A stretch of DNA of 63,995 nucleotides, filler included, from Rhabdomonas costata (taxonomy: Eukaryota), in the NCBI GenBank assembly GCA_019059605.1. It is 14 parts of 14 records of this genome, joined end to end, with 100 filler letters (N's around TTAATTAATTAA, not from the genome) between each part and the next. Parts side by side here need not be neighbours in the genome. Positions count along the whole stretch, not along the records: positions 32,261 to 36,745 come from JAHMHO010000228.1; positions 36,846 to 41,333 come from JAHMHO010000229.1; positions 41,434 to 45,917 come from JAHMHO010000230.1; positions 46,018 to 50,504 come from JAHMHO010000231.1; 10 more parts are not named here. One strand, 5' to 3'. Position numbers and translations under genes: made by a program. Positions 36,571-49,000 of the stretch are shown in pieces (within the stretch, counting starts at the first letter, position 1; each line of letters starts with the position of its first letter). The notes below the pieces were generated by a model. The model was not told the origin of the DNA. It did not search any database and saw nothing but the letters and a program-made list of their open reading frames with translations.

Positions 36571-38467
36571 GTTCTTGCTTCGTTGCTCTTGCTCGCTGCG
36601 ATAACCCCTTACCCAGCATCAGCACAACCAGCAGGCAAGTCCACGTCAACAACATCATCAGCCTGCACAAGCAAACCCTGGCGTTTAACGCTCATCCCCC
36701 CCCCGAAAAAAATACAATTGTCCCAATCCGAAAAGCCACACAACCNNNNNNNNNNNNNNNNNNNNNNNNNNNNNNNNNNNNNNNNNNNNTTAATTAATTA
36801 ANNNNNNNNNNNNNNNNNNNNNNNNNNNNNNNNNNNNNNNNNNNNAAAGACTTGAATGCAACTGAAGCATAACTCTTTCCCTCTTTATTTCTTGCTCTGC
36901 TTGCTCACCATTAGCATCGCCCCCGCTTCCCGGAAAAACTCAGCATGCCTTGCGATATGCTAACTTTCTTTTTTCACGTGTGCTTTTGCGTGTGCTCAGA
37001 GATTTGGACCTTTCCAAGGGGTTCGATGCCTATGAGGAAGGATGATGCCCATGGGTCTCTTTGAGCGCCAACGGCACCGCTTTGGGTACTGCTTAGGTCT
37101 CTCTTTGCGTGTAACAGGGTGTTTGTGTTTCTGCCTGTGTTTTTACCTGCACCGTCACCCAGATGTCCGTCATCGCAGCAGGAAAAGCGATCGGTTATTG
37201 GCAAGATCACGCTTGTGTCCGTGGTGGACAGGCTGTTGCGTGGATGCGAGGAACCGCAGGCATTCTTTCTCGGCACCTCAGAGACGTTGACTTCGGGACT
37301 TTGGGCAGAGATGACTGAAGTTTTCCATGCAGAGTGAAAGTATGCGTAAAATAGGGTCCCCTGGTGAGTTGACTTCAGGTTCCATATTGGGGTTTGCCGC
37401 GTTGCCGGGACGTCGCTGTCTTGCCATTCTTTGTTCATTGTGGTGTGATGGGCCTGGCCCTAACCCTATAACGCTGCAGAGCGGCGGTTTTGTGACAAGG
37501 AATGCTGAGCATTTTCTTCGGGCTTTTGTGCCCCCAGGAACCCTCTTGAGGTTTGGTGGGGGCCCGTGTAAACCACAACCCTTTGTGGCATGATGGCAGC
37601 GTTGCAGTGCGTTCCTTCCATTTGCCCTCCTATCACTCACCGTATCATCTGGCGAAGGCCCGGCAGCCACTACATTTTTCATTGCATTCATTGTGCTTCA
37701 TATTACGTCCCCTCCTGCAGGTCCCTTGCACTGAGAAAGGTTATCAACGCTCCGATAGCCAATCTTCAAAATTCTCACAGGCGAAGAAGCTTCGCCTTTG
37801 TTGTGTGACCTTCTTGATTTGGAGTTGGAAAATTATCCATCGCTCTCATCACAGAAGCGTCTCAGGGAGCGAGGCCGTACCCCTTGCCCACTTTATATAG
37901 CTCCTGACCTCCTGAAAGTTATCTCGGTGGGCGCTTTTATTTGGCGAATTCGGATGTTTTCCTGTCTTCTTGTCCAAAACAAATGAGACACCCATTTTAG
38001 TACCTAACAGAGAGGGGATGGAGATAAATCTCCGCAGTGACGGAAACATCCCTCTGAGAACCGTGCTGCCACTGAAGCACTGGCGGCCCGATGACGGTGT
38101 GGCACAGGGGGCATCTGCCATCGGCCCACCCAGAGATTTACTACTGAAGTCCAGGTGGATCCGTCGCGGGATCCACCTGTCCCGGTCCCCATTTGCCCTT
38201 CTTGTTGGGTACCTCAATCACCTAGTCTTCCGAACAAAAAGGCGATAGGTTCCTTGCGGAAAGTTGCCGGCGGGCCACTCGCGCGTCCTTTGTCACTGGT
38301 CTCCTTTTCACCGCAGTTTGGACCTGGCGTTTTTGAGCAAGCAGTAGGATTGTTATGTCGCCGGTTGTGTGGTGGTTGAGATCGTAGATGATTGGGTGAC
38401 TGGATTCCTGGTGTGGTTTTCTAGTCTCTTATATCTCAGCAGTGCCTTTCTCCTGCCCATCGGTACA

Positions 38468-39379
38468 ATGCCCGCTCACTTTGCTTTGGCGGTTCCTACC
38501 CTTCTTCTCCTTCTGCTGGTGCCTCTCATCCATGGTGCCGTGCTGCAGGCACCCACAGCTCCCCATGGTAACACAGCGCTGCCAGCTGTTTGCAAGGAGG
38601 ATGGGGGAAGGGGGTTCCGGTAATCCAGGTCTTCCGGTTTCGCTGGAGAACTTCTCCAGCTCTCAAGCAAACGCATTTGTTCGTTTTCTGATCCCGTGGA
38701 TACGTGGGTGATACGAACCCGGAGTATTCAGCCTGATTACTTTTTAATGATCGCCAGTCCGTTTGGTGAGAAAGATGGCACGTGCGTGCACTTGTTCGGT
38801 TGTGCATAACGGGCTCAATGAAGATGGGAGGGGGGGATGTTTACAGTTAATTTATTTGGTAGAAAATGATGGTGTTCGCCGCAAGTTCATTCTTACCTGA
38901 TGAGAACTCATTCTCGGCCCAATACTTGCTTCTGCACTGTGTTCCCAACAGGATGTGAAATTTATCAAGTGGCAACTTCTTTTCTGTGCAAAAAGAAGTC
39001 TGCACGCGTTTGGCCCGCAGTCCTCCTTTTATGGGGAAATCGCTGTTTACCAAGCTGTGCCTCTGCCAGACACTGGGGTATGTGTACTTCTACTCAAAGA
39101 CACTCATCTTTCGGTTAGTTAATTATCTCCCAGTTGCCGGGATTGCACCCTCTTCCCGGTTTGCAGACCGCACTTGTGAGATCTTCTCCAACCTGAGCTG
39201 TGGGCTCAGCCCCTTCAATTCGTTCGTTCCGAGCTACTCAGACTGCTGCACTTCGTGCCAGCAAGACGCGCAATGCAAGAGCTTCACCTTTCAGCCGCCC
39301 ACCGTCGTCAGCTTGGGCATGTGCTGGCTGAACCGGATCCAGTGCACCTCCGCCGCTGTTCCAGGGTTTTACGGCGGAA
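38468..39379 (+). CDS. Putative secreted/surface protein with PAN/Apple-like domain
   Basis: Signal-peptide-like start MPAHFALAVPTLLLLLLVPLIHG. Exon ~39168-39379 reads CEIFSNLSC...SYSDCCTSCQQDAQCKSFTF...GMCWL, fitting the PAN pattern C-x3-C-x5-C-x2-F-x-F...C-x-L. Linkage of the two exons is inferred. Confidence 0.6.
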
Positions 39380-40210
39380 GTATGCTCTCGTTCCCCTATT
39401 TTGCATTACACCTTGGGCCCCCACCCCTGGTCTTCTGTGCTGTGGGCTGGTTTTTCAAGGGCTGGTGGGCGGGGTTTTGTGGGCACCGACCAAGGGCCGC
39501 TTCGGCCAGCGTTTCCGATGTTCGTGAAACTGCACCCAACGAAGCTCATGGGTCTTCAGCATGGAAGAATGGCACCTCTAAATTGTCATAAATATGCTAC
39601 TCCCCGATAAAACGGTAAAGTAAGATATAAAACGGGAGTGGTCGGATTGTTGCAGTGGCTACAGTTGGGGTCCTGCGAACTGCGACCCCCCCCCCCAAAG
39701 CATAGTACAATTGCAGCAGAACTGCTTCCCTCTTTCTTTCTGATACCCTCAACTTACCCTCGCACCCATTCTCCAAACAACTCAACCTGCTTTGCGACTT
39801 GCCTCCCAATTGCACCAATCCCACTCGATTTCCCACTTTCCCGCTTTCCCACGTCGTGGTTGTACCCCACTGAAATGGGCCGTTGCTGTCCACTGCGTGG
39901 GCTACTTTTTTGGTTGAAACGCCTGGAACTGGATGCGTCCTGGAGTATCGTATCGTATTCGATGGTCCAGGTAATTGGGAACCACTTAACTGCCCAAGGT
40001 TGAGTCAAGAACCATGTATCTTGGACACCTACGCTGTGCGCCGCGGCCCAAGACACTATCGTTGCCACGAGGCCTTGAACCCCTGTGTATCGCCGTCTAA
40101 CCCCGCAGTTAGTTGTGTTCGAGTTGCGGGGGGAAAGCTCGTCACCTTCCGAAGTTTACAATGTTCATCATCTGCAATTTCAAGCAGTTTTGCAGTTGAA
40201 GTAGAATTTG

Positions 40211-40245
40211 TATTACAATTACAATTACAATTACAATTACAATTA
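40211..40245. repeat. (TTACAA)n microsatellite
   Basis: About 5-6 tandem TTACAA units visible. Confidence 0.85.
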
Positions 40246-42522
40246 TTTGGATTGGGAATTAGGATTAGTCGGATTAGTGCCATTATACAACACCAACAAG
40301 AAAGGTGCAAGCCGAAAGTAAACCAAATCGGCCACCTACTGAATCTCTGGAAAATTGTCAGGTAGTACTGGTACCTAGTCCCCACCCACCCACCGCTTTA
40401 TTTCCGGCACGGGGGCATCAGACCCTTCCAAAAAGGCTTTCCCCGTTCCCAGGCTTTGGTGTGGTATTCCCGTGCCCTTGCGCTTGCCCCTGGTTTCCTT
40501 ATTTCTCCTTTCTCCCATTGCTTTCGTGCGTACTTAGAGATGCGGGTGACTCCATTGGGTTCAGTCCAAGCTGCGGGGAAGGATGATGCCCCTTGAGGTA
40601 TTCCTTACCTTGAGTTCTTTTGTACACATGTGTGTGTGCCACTGGTGTAAATGTTTCTTTTGGTTTGGGTGACTGGGGTAGTGTTTAAGTTTGCTCACGC
40701 TGGTGTCCCGTGGTGGAAAGGCTGTTCCGTAGATACGAGGAACCGCAGGCTTCTCGGAAAGTGTACCCTTCTCAATCTCAAAGGAAAGTGTGTATGAGGA
40801 TGTGCATGAGGATAACGTGGTGGATACTTTCATTTTGCGCACTCTCAATATTGTGAGCAATGAAATGCGCATTCAACCCAAAGTCTTCCCCAAAATGTCG
40901 CATTGTGTGTTAATGAGGTTCAAAAATACTGGCTCACACGTGGAGACGATGTATGACCTATTGATATTTTTTCGGCCCAAACCGAAGGCTGAACCATATC
41001 CCCTGTGTCAGTACTCTCTCTTCCACTTACTCCACGGACCCGCTCCCTCACATGCGGAGACGGGCAGAAAAGCGTGGCAAGGTGCCAACAATATATGGCA
41101 CGCTACACGCAAACTCAGGGTTTTTAAACACGGCACAACACAACATGCCGCAAAGGACCACCGGCATATCGGCTAAAAAGTTCTGTTCGAAATGTGATGT
41201 AACATGCCCTGAATGAGACTGTGCTCAACGTTCACCTTTTTTGGCAGTCTGCTGTCAGTATTTTCGCACTCGGTTGTCGAAAATTTGTCCATTGTGCGAA
41301 ACGTCAGGAAACCGGGAAGTCCCACACAAAACANNNNNNNNNNNNNNNNNNNNNNNNNNNNNNNNNNNNNNNNNNNNTTAATTAATTAANNNNNNNNNNN
41401 NNNNNNNNNNNNNNNNNNNNNNNNNNNNNNNNNGGTTTGCAGGTACTGATCCACCTGAGCAGGGGATTCTCCCGCCTGCGCGGCCGCTGTATTGGGTGGA
41501 AAGGTCACCCCTTCCTCTGCTGCTGGCCGGAGATGCCTTGGAAGCAATAGAACCGCGGTTCGATAAGCGCCCAACCTTGCGCGCACATCCACCTCTTCAC
41601 ACGCACGCACACACAATGGCCCCTGATGAGGGGTGGCGGTAGAGACCGATCCTTCGGAAGAGGGATACACCACAACACACGATTACAATCGATCGACGAA
41701 ATACTCGGCCGGTGCACCAGCAACATTCTCGCGCAGGCACACCAGTAGCTATCCAGTACGGTCTTTCTCAAGTCTTCTCCTTTGACGGGAATGACTCCCG
41801 GAAGCCCTGGGAGCTCCACTCGTGTCTGCGAGACATAGAAAAAAGAGGCTGGACGTTCACACAGCGCAAACAGCATTTCCACTCATACGGGAGGTACTAT
41901 AACCGCGGCGTGAGGGAGGGTATTGAAAAGACTAATCGCGAGATCACAAGAGCACCAAAACCACTTGAAGGCAAACAGGCCTTCAAAGAGTGACACCTCA
42001 ATGCATTAAAACTTCAAAGAAATTGGATGAGTGGGTTGCGCAGGGGTGGGGGGCATACATCGATCCTGTCAATGTAGGGATTGATAGCGTCGTTGTCACG
42101 CCTCTTGATCATCGGCAATAGAAGGTCCTGCATATCGGCGACAGGGCAAGGAAAATTAACACAGCCAGAACTGGTTAAGACAGGAACTGTGCTGAGTGGG
42201 AAAATTCAACTCCTCAAATTATATGGTTGTCTCACACAGCCACACAAACGCACACCGGATCCCTCAGTCACACAGCGGCGCATAAAAATCAAGGTAACAC
42301 AGGACTCCCTCCAATTTACACAGTGCAGACAATAAGAAAGAAAACGCCAGAGAGGATGTGCAGAACGGAGTTGCGTCCAACCGGGCGCTACTCATCTAAA
42401 CAACAAAGCAAAAGAAGAAATGTGATAGTAGGAATGGAGGAGGGGTGGGAGAGGTATGTGGTGAAGAGAAAGCAGACAGCAGGCGGCCAACAATCGCATC
42501 GCAGAGGTTTGCAGCCAGCACT

Positions 42523-45139
42523 CTACGCTGGAGGCCCACCGTTTCGGCTACCACGATGAGTGTTGTGGTGTGGGAGTTGGGGGATAAGGAGAAGTCTGCG
42601 CACCAGCTGTGGGGTGAGGGCAAAGGAGGTGTCCCCGCGGAGAGGGTGAGTCGAGGAGACCATGGGGAGGTGGGGCAGGTTCCTCAGGTGGGTCTCGGTC
42701 TCCATCTCCAGCAGGAGACTCCCAAAGGTCGCCGCAGGACCCTACCACTCCCGCCCCAGCTCGGCTCCAGCAAAAACAAAACCCAAGACAGAAACTTTTG
42801 ATTGAAGGCGCTGAACGACATGTACAACAGAACACATGAACACCATGAACAACAGGTTCAGGGACGCACTCCTCAGTGCAGCGCCCGCGATGTTCAACAC
42901 CTCAGGTAGGACCAAGTATCTCTCTTTGCACGTCTGAGTGTTGTGAATACTACTACTCCGTCAGAGATTCACAACTGAAAAAGTGGCGGAATCAGCGAAT
43001 CTAAAACGGGTGGTGAAGAAGCTCGGTTCCCAAAGCATGTTGGTCGTGCCAGTTTTTGAACTCTTCCGTTATTCTTCGAACCTTTGGTTTGGGTGACTGG
43101 GACAAAGACGCCACAAAAAAGCAGGTGTGGTAGCAGCTCGAGGACCAGGTCACTGAGTGCGCTGAGGAAGGCATTGGTGCAGGCTCCGCCGAAGCGGGCT
43201 CCGTGGGGGTCCACTTTGTCGCGCGTCTCCTCCGGGTCAAAGTAGTTGCTGAACACCACAACCTCACCGCGTTTCAGCGACTCCGTCAGGCAGACGAAGC
43301 CCTTGTTCTTGTGCGCGATTAGCTGAGCAGCCCACACCACGTGGCGTAGCAAAAAAGCGCACCACCCTCCACCACACAGAAACTTGCAACACTCTTCAAC
43401 ATTGGCGAAAAATGAAACGTAGCGTAGGTGAAGCTTCCAGACATGTTGCCTTACTTGTCCAAAACTAGGCCAGCCTTGTGTCTTTTGCGGCCTGTACGTC
43501 GTTGGCCGAGACGTCATTTGGTGTAGCTTCTTAACGCATTCCGACTCTCGCACCTGTTGCGATGCCCCATCCTCCCCCCGCCGTTGCCCGTAAATTTGTT
43601 CTTCCCCTGACTGTCTCAATACTTCGTGTGCCCTTCCCCGCCCATGGTCCCTGGCCCTGGCGTGCCCTCTGTTGCTTAATCTTAGCACTCTTGCTTAGCA
43701 ACCTTTGTGTCTATGCTGCGCGATTGTTGTGACTGGATGAAAGTGATCACAATTCTCGGATTTCTGATCTCTCTGAGAGAAGTTCTTCACAAATTCCGCA
43801 ACACCACGGCAGCACAGGTTTCCCGATTGTTGCAGCGACATCGACAAAATGGCACACACATAAATTGAATTGGGTTGGGAAAAAGGGAAGCAAAGTCGCT
43901 GACTGATTGTTGATTGGGAATCGATTGGGAACTACACATTCTAGAGCTATCTGAACAGGAAATACGGAAGCACGTAGAGTGGGCCGGTTCCTGACTATTT
44001 GAGTCCGGATCCACAGAAAGCCACAAGCTGTGGCCGAGAGCGCACTCAGGCATTTATTCATTTCTTTTCCTTTCTGTCGCTTGTCGGGGCAGCCATTGAA
44101 CGCACCGTGTTGGGGAGATCCAGGATAGTCCCTGCGTAGGCCAGGTCGATCACTGCGGTCAGTCGCACCCCCTCCGGCAGGTCACGGACCAGGAAGTTGT
44201 ACAGCTCGTCGTCGGTGATAATCTGGTCATCGGCCGAGACAATCCCATCCGCGTCCACCCCACCCTGCAACCGAGACTCCACGCTCCGGTCCGTGCGGGT
44301 CAGCTGGGTACCGTGCCCGCTGAACCCGAAGAACAGCGCTGAGAGGCAAAACAGGCGGGCTAGGGCAAAACCAGAACCCATGCACATCCAGGAACGACGA
44401 CAACAGCACTCATCAAAACGACAGGGACATGTTTATGATACTTCCAAGTTCCTGCAACCAAATGATTGTCGAATTATTCGTCATCGGGTATCCACTGTCA
44501 GCAGATGTTTTCAACGATGTTACGAATAGTGCAAAGGTATTTCAACAGCAGGCTCCGGTTCAGTACGAAAACGAGGATCGTAGCAACACCAGCAACAACT
44601 GCCACAGCAGACTCCCACCGCGCCCTGAGCAAGGCTCTTGCAGGACTTCCTGAAGACACACATTGCACACACCCTGTCCGGGTTCCAGGTCAGTCACCAA
44701 CCAGTCCAGCATCTTAATGATGTTCTCACGGCTAGGGTACATCTCAGGGTTGGTCTCGTCCATCACCATGATGCACTCACTGGGCCAGCCCTGGTCTTCC
44801 AGGAAGCTAGCCAGGCAGCGCACGTCACTGACGGAACTGAAAGCAGAGGTGGTGAAAACCAAGTGGTGAGCGTGCGCCTACGAGAGCAATAAAAGAACAT
44901 GTAGCAACCGCACCCGAACATAGTTCAAATTCACATTTAGCTTCTGTTAGCCTGCTTCGTTTTAGCCCATTATATATACGATGTCTAAGGTCCAGCTCGG
45001 CTGTAGTAAGGGTGGGGCTGGGGCCAGGGGGGAGGGAGAAAGGGAGTGAACCCAAAAAGCTGATCCTCACGGGCCATCCTGGCGTAGTTAATCCCGATCA
45101 GCAGTGCCCTGGGAGGGATCCGAGGCAGCTCAGGCAGCG
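42523..45139 (-). CDS. Metacaspase (peptidase C14B) homologue, predicted catalytically inactive
   Basis: Exons 45139-~45052 (RALLIGINY...QLFG), ~44836-44673 (SVSDV...YPSRENIIKMLDWLVTDLEPGQ), ~44338-44106 (LFFGFSGHG...IITDDELYNFLVRDLPEGVRLTAVIDLAYAGTILDLP), ~43324-43130 (GGACTNAFL) and ~42741-42523 (TFGSLLLEM...PMVSSTHPL). Confidence 0.9.
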
Positions 45140-46017
45140 CTAAGAGAGAGAGAGACACGAAAAAAGGAATGAAAACAATGAAAAAGTCCACGCACGCAAT
45201 TGCCCGTTCACCCCAACTTTTGTTGGCTAGCCTGCGATCGAATTGAGTCCACCCTAATATATTTCCTCGGACCTCCGATAGAGGGGATTTTTGTTTTTTG
45301 TCGTCCTGGGTGGTCGAGCACCTAGGGATGGCAGTAATCCAGCTCCCCGGTCCATCTATGTGCCTGATTATGACATATTCAAAAAGCTGCTCTTTTTAGT
45401 GCGGCCGTTTTCAAACCTCCCCCAGTCAGCCCTGGACAGTTGCTAGCCTACTGAACCTGCTCTCGGGACGGCCTGCACAGCATATCCAGGGGCAGAACTT
45501 CCAGAACTACAATAGCGGTGCCAGCAAGCCGTGCTTACACTGAGAACCCAGATAGAACAGGAACTCTTGCGTGTGTTAGTAACAGTGGGACCTCTTTTCA
45601 GACCTTAAGAAGCCATCCATTCGCTAACACACCGTTTGCGCCCTCAGGGGGGGGGGGCACCCAAACCACGTATAAGCAAACCGAGGGAGAACCGATGGTT
45701 ACTCACACGACACAACCAAAGGAGAGGTTGCAGACACAGAAGAGGGCCAGTCATTGTGCTCGTCGTAATCAACAGGACATCGCCAGAACATCATCACCAA
45801 CACCCGTGACCATCCATCTTATCCAATCCCAGGGGGAGGATGCAGATAAGCACCATCACATGCACACAGTGCGGTACGGTCGCACGCACACACACCTAAC
45901 CCACACCACCAAACACANNNNNNNNNNNNNNNNNNNNNNNNNNNNNNNNNNNNNNNNNNNNTTAATTAATTAANNNNNNNNNNNNNNNNNNNNNNNNNNN
46001 NNNNNNNNNNNNNNNNN

Positions 46018-49000
46018 GTACGCGGGGCTCAGGGGACGCAAACAATCCAGTTTGACACGGTGATGCACTCGCCGCTCGAGTCCACACCCATGTCCTCCAA
46101 TATGCGGCCGATGTCGCAATACAACGTCTTTTCGGGACGACCGGTCGAGCAAACCTTCGGAAGGAGCTGCTCTCCTCACCGAGAGGTTGCGCAGGTCTTC
46201 AGCTTGCAGCGAGAACGCGAGCCTCGACGCGGAGATCGGCAGAGCTACAGGAAGCGAGACGAGCGTAGTGATTGTGGCAGCTCCACCTCCAACTCTCCTG
46301 CCTCCTTCCAGAAGTCTCGGAAATCCTCAGCTTCTTCCAGCTCCAGCAGAATACACTCAGATCAGAGAGAGCGTCCCCCTTTTCGAGAAAAAGAGCCGAG
46401 CAGTGAAGGTAGAGATCGCATGGACAGCAACATACCGCGAAGTGGAGAGCGCAGGGACAAAGGAGAACTCAGCTCGTCGCCACATTCCTCGCGTGACTGC
46501 AGCGGGAGAGCCTGTTTTTACTGTTGTGCGGAAGACCATTGGGCTTCAACGTGTCATAAGAAGCGATAGGATGAGAGAAGGTACTGGAAGAGCATAAGGG
46601 AGAGGACCACACCCCGTTCCGCGTCCTCCTCTCCGAGGCATCCGGTAAAAGTGAGCGGTTGAATTGAACTTCATCGACCTAAAACTGTGTGCCCAGCCCC
46701 ACACCGTGTAAGTCGTGTAAGTGTGGTAACGTATCTTCCTTGATTGAGCTTTTTTCTTGCGGAGAGGGACTCTATCGATCTCGGAAAGCTTAGTTTGTGA
46801 CGCCACAATGCAGATAGATGACTTATTTTTGGCTCTGGGAGCGCCTAAGCCCACCATGCCGCTTGCAGTGAATCCAACGTCAGGAGCGCGGGATGTTGCT
46901 CCGCCAGGACAGGAGACATGCGTAGTGTCCCCGAGATTCCACGCAGCAGCCGACCGATTCAGAGAGACCTGGTATGTGGTGGACCTTGTCTCGATTTGTT
47001 GGACGATTGCCTCAGCAAGCTTCGCGACTTCTTTCGGAGAGAATCCGAAGGCTGGATAAAGTAAATTGTCCCGTAACAGCCAATATCACTTTTCTTCAGA
47101 ACAATCAAAACAATTGATTGCCAGGCCACCAACCGGCCGGAAAACAGCCCAAGCGGCTGATGCAGTATGGCAACTAGTACGATTCCAGTTAAAAGCCAAT
47201 CCGACACGTGCCTCTACCGCATTGTCTGCGGACACACCTACCGCATGTCCTTCGTCGACATCGGCTGCTCCGGTATATTCCAAGTCATCAACACTGGCCG
47301 CTTCAGCGTTAGAGAGCCAATGCTCCACATCGGCCGCTCCGATTTCTATGCAAGGCTTGCAGCCCATTGTGTGTGCAATGGTGGCGGAACATTTGAAGCA
47401 TACAGCAGCCTTGTTGACCTCAGTCACACCACTGTCCCCGGACCAATGGGGCGTGGCCTCTACATTTGACGAGTAGTGGTCCCAGCCACAAGCGCCAATG
47501 CCTTTGCTACTTATGCCAGTGACAGTTGGAGCAACGGCACACTTTGATTTGCTGTACTCGGGAGCTTCGGACTCGTTCATCAGTGCGGAAGTTGTGCGTG
47601 CGACACGCTAAAAATTGTTGCCTTTGAAGTCACAGATTCATGTGAAGGTCGCGAATGGGAATACCCTGACAGTGACGCACTATGTCCTCTTGCAAGGGGA
47701 GATAGGTGAGTTGCAGGTGAGACTTTCTTGCGTGTGATTGAAACTCCTCTTACAATTGTGTTGGCTATCCTTTCCTTCATCATTTCAACTCTTTTGATTA
47801 ACTGGGTTGAGATGACAGTGCAGATTAGGATGGGAAAGAAGCTTACTCGTGTTCATGTTGCTAAAGCAATCAGGAGTTCAGTACCATCCCTCCCTCCCAC
47901 CTGCCTCCTTCTGAAGAGGTGCATAACCAGCAACTGAATGGCGTTGTGCCCACGCCAAACCCTGCCGCTCAGGAACGGGTTGTGGAGCCTAAGTCAGCCA
48001 CTCTCGTGCTAGGAACCCATCCGGCTGCTCCGGAGAAGGTTTTGGTTTCAGAGTTGGAACATCTGCTGGTGAGATGTCTCAGCAGCAATGCTGTTTTGCT
48101 GCGCCGAAGCACCCCACTTGCAGCAGGTTTTGACCTGGCCAGTGCAGAAGATGTGGTCATTGCAGCTGGAGACAATGCGCTCATTCACACAGACTTAGCC
48201 TTTGCCATACCTACCGGCATGTATGGGCGCATTGCCCCGCGCAGTGGTTTGACCTGGAAGCACCACATCTCGATTGGAGCGGGAGTAATTGATCCCGACT
48301 ACCGATGGAATGTGAAGATCTTGCTGCTCAACCACGGAAGTAGGGACTACCACGTCAAGAATGGTGATTGGGTGGTGCAATTCCTGTTGGAGTACATTGC
48401 GACACACCCCGTGCGCGTTGTTCCACAACTCCCTGGAGTGTGCGAGGTAAAGGTGGGTTCGGATCCTCTTGAGTGGGTTCGGTTTCGGAACACCAGGCCG
48501 CTTCTGGTGTTTTAGATCAGCCAACCCCAGAAGTGATCGACCCAAAAAGCCGACGTCACACGGCAGTTGGACGTACGGCATGCGGCATATTCCAATTTGG
48601 CCGCTTCGGAATTGGAAAATGCTTTTCCTTGTATATCACAGGTTTCCATTTCAAGCAATTTTGTGTTGCCACAATTTATGTATCAGATAACATTTCTGGA
48701 GCGCAAGGCGGCTGGTCCGCCTCTGAGTCCGCAGTTAACACCCAAACCACCTGCGGTAATCCAGCCCATATCAATGGATGAGCCTCTCTACCCCATGTAT
48801 GGCCTCAACAGTCTGGAAGAGGTGGAACCTTCTGATTGGGAGTGCGCTGCTCGCCGCCGACCACGAAAGGAAGATGTGGAAGCGAAAGAAGATGTCTGCG
48901 AGCAAAGACGTTCAGGAGCTGATCAGGAATCTTGATCCAGCGACCTGTGGCCCTCCAGTTCAGACAGATCCAATTCCACCACATGTGCTCAGGCTCAACA

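Noticed and set aside
9227-36745. Apparent clustering of flagellar genes (CFAP57, MORN, ZMYND10) and of lipid-signalling genes
   Set aside because: The genes are on separate, roughly size-sorted contigs, so adjacency is not synteny.
7069-45139. Euglenid-type non-conventional (non-GT/GC-AG) introns
   Set aside because: Every junction I could reconstruct confidently is explained by GT-AG or GC-AG. None is supported here.
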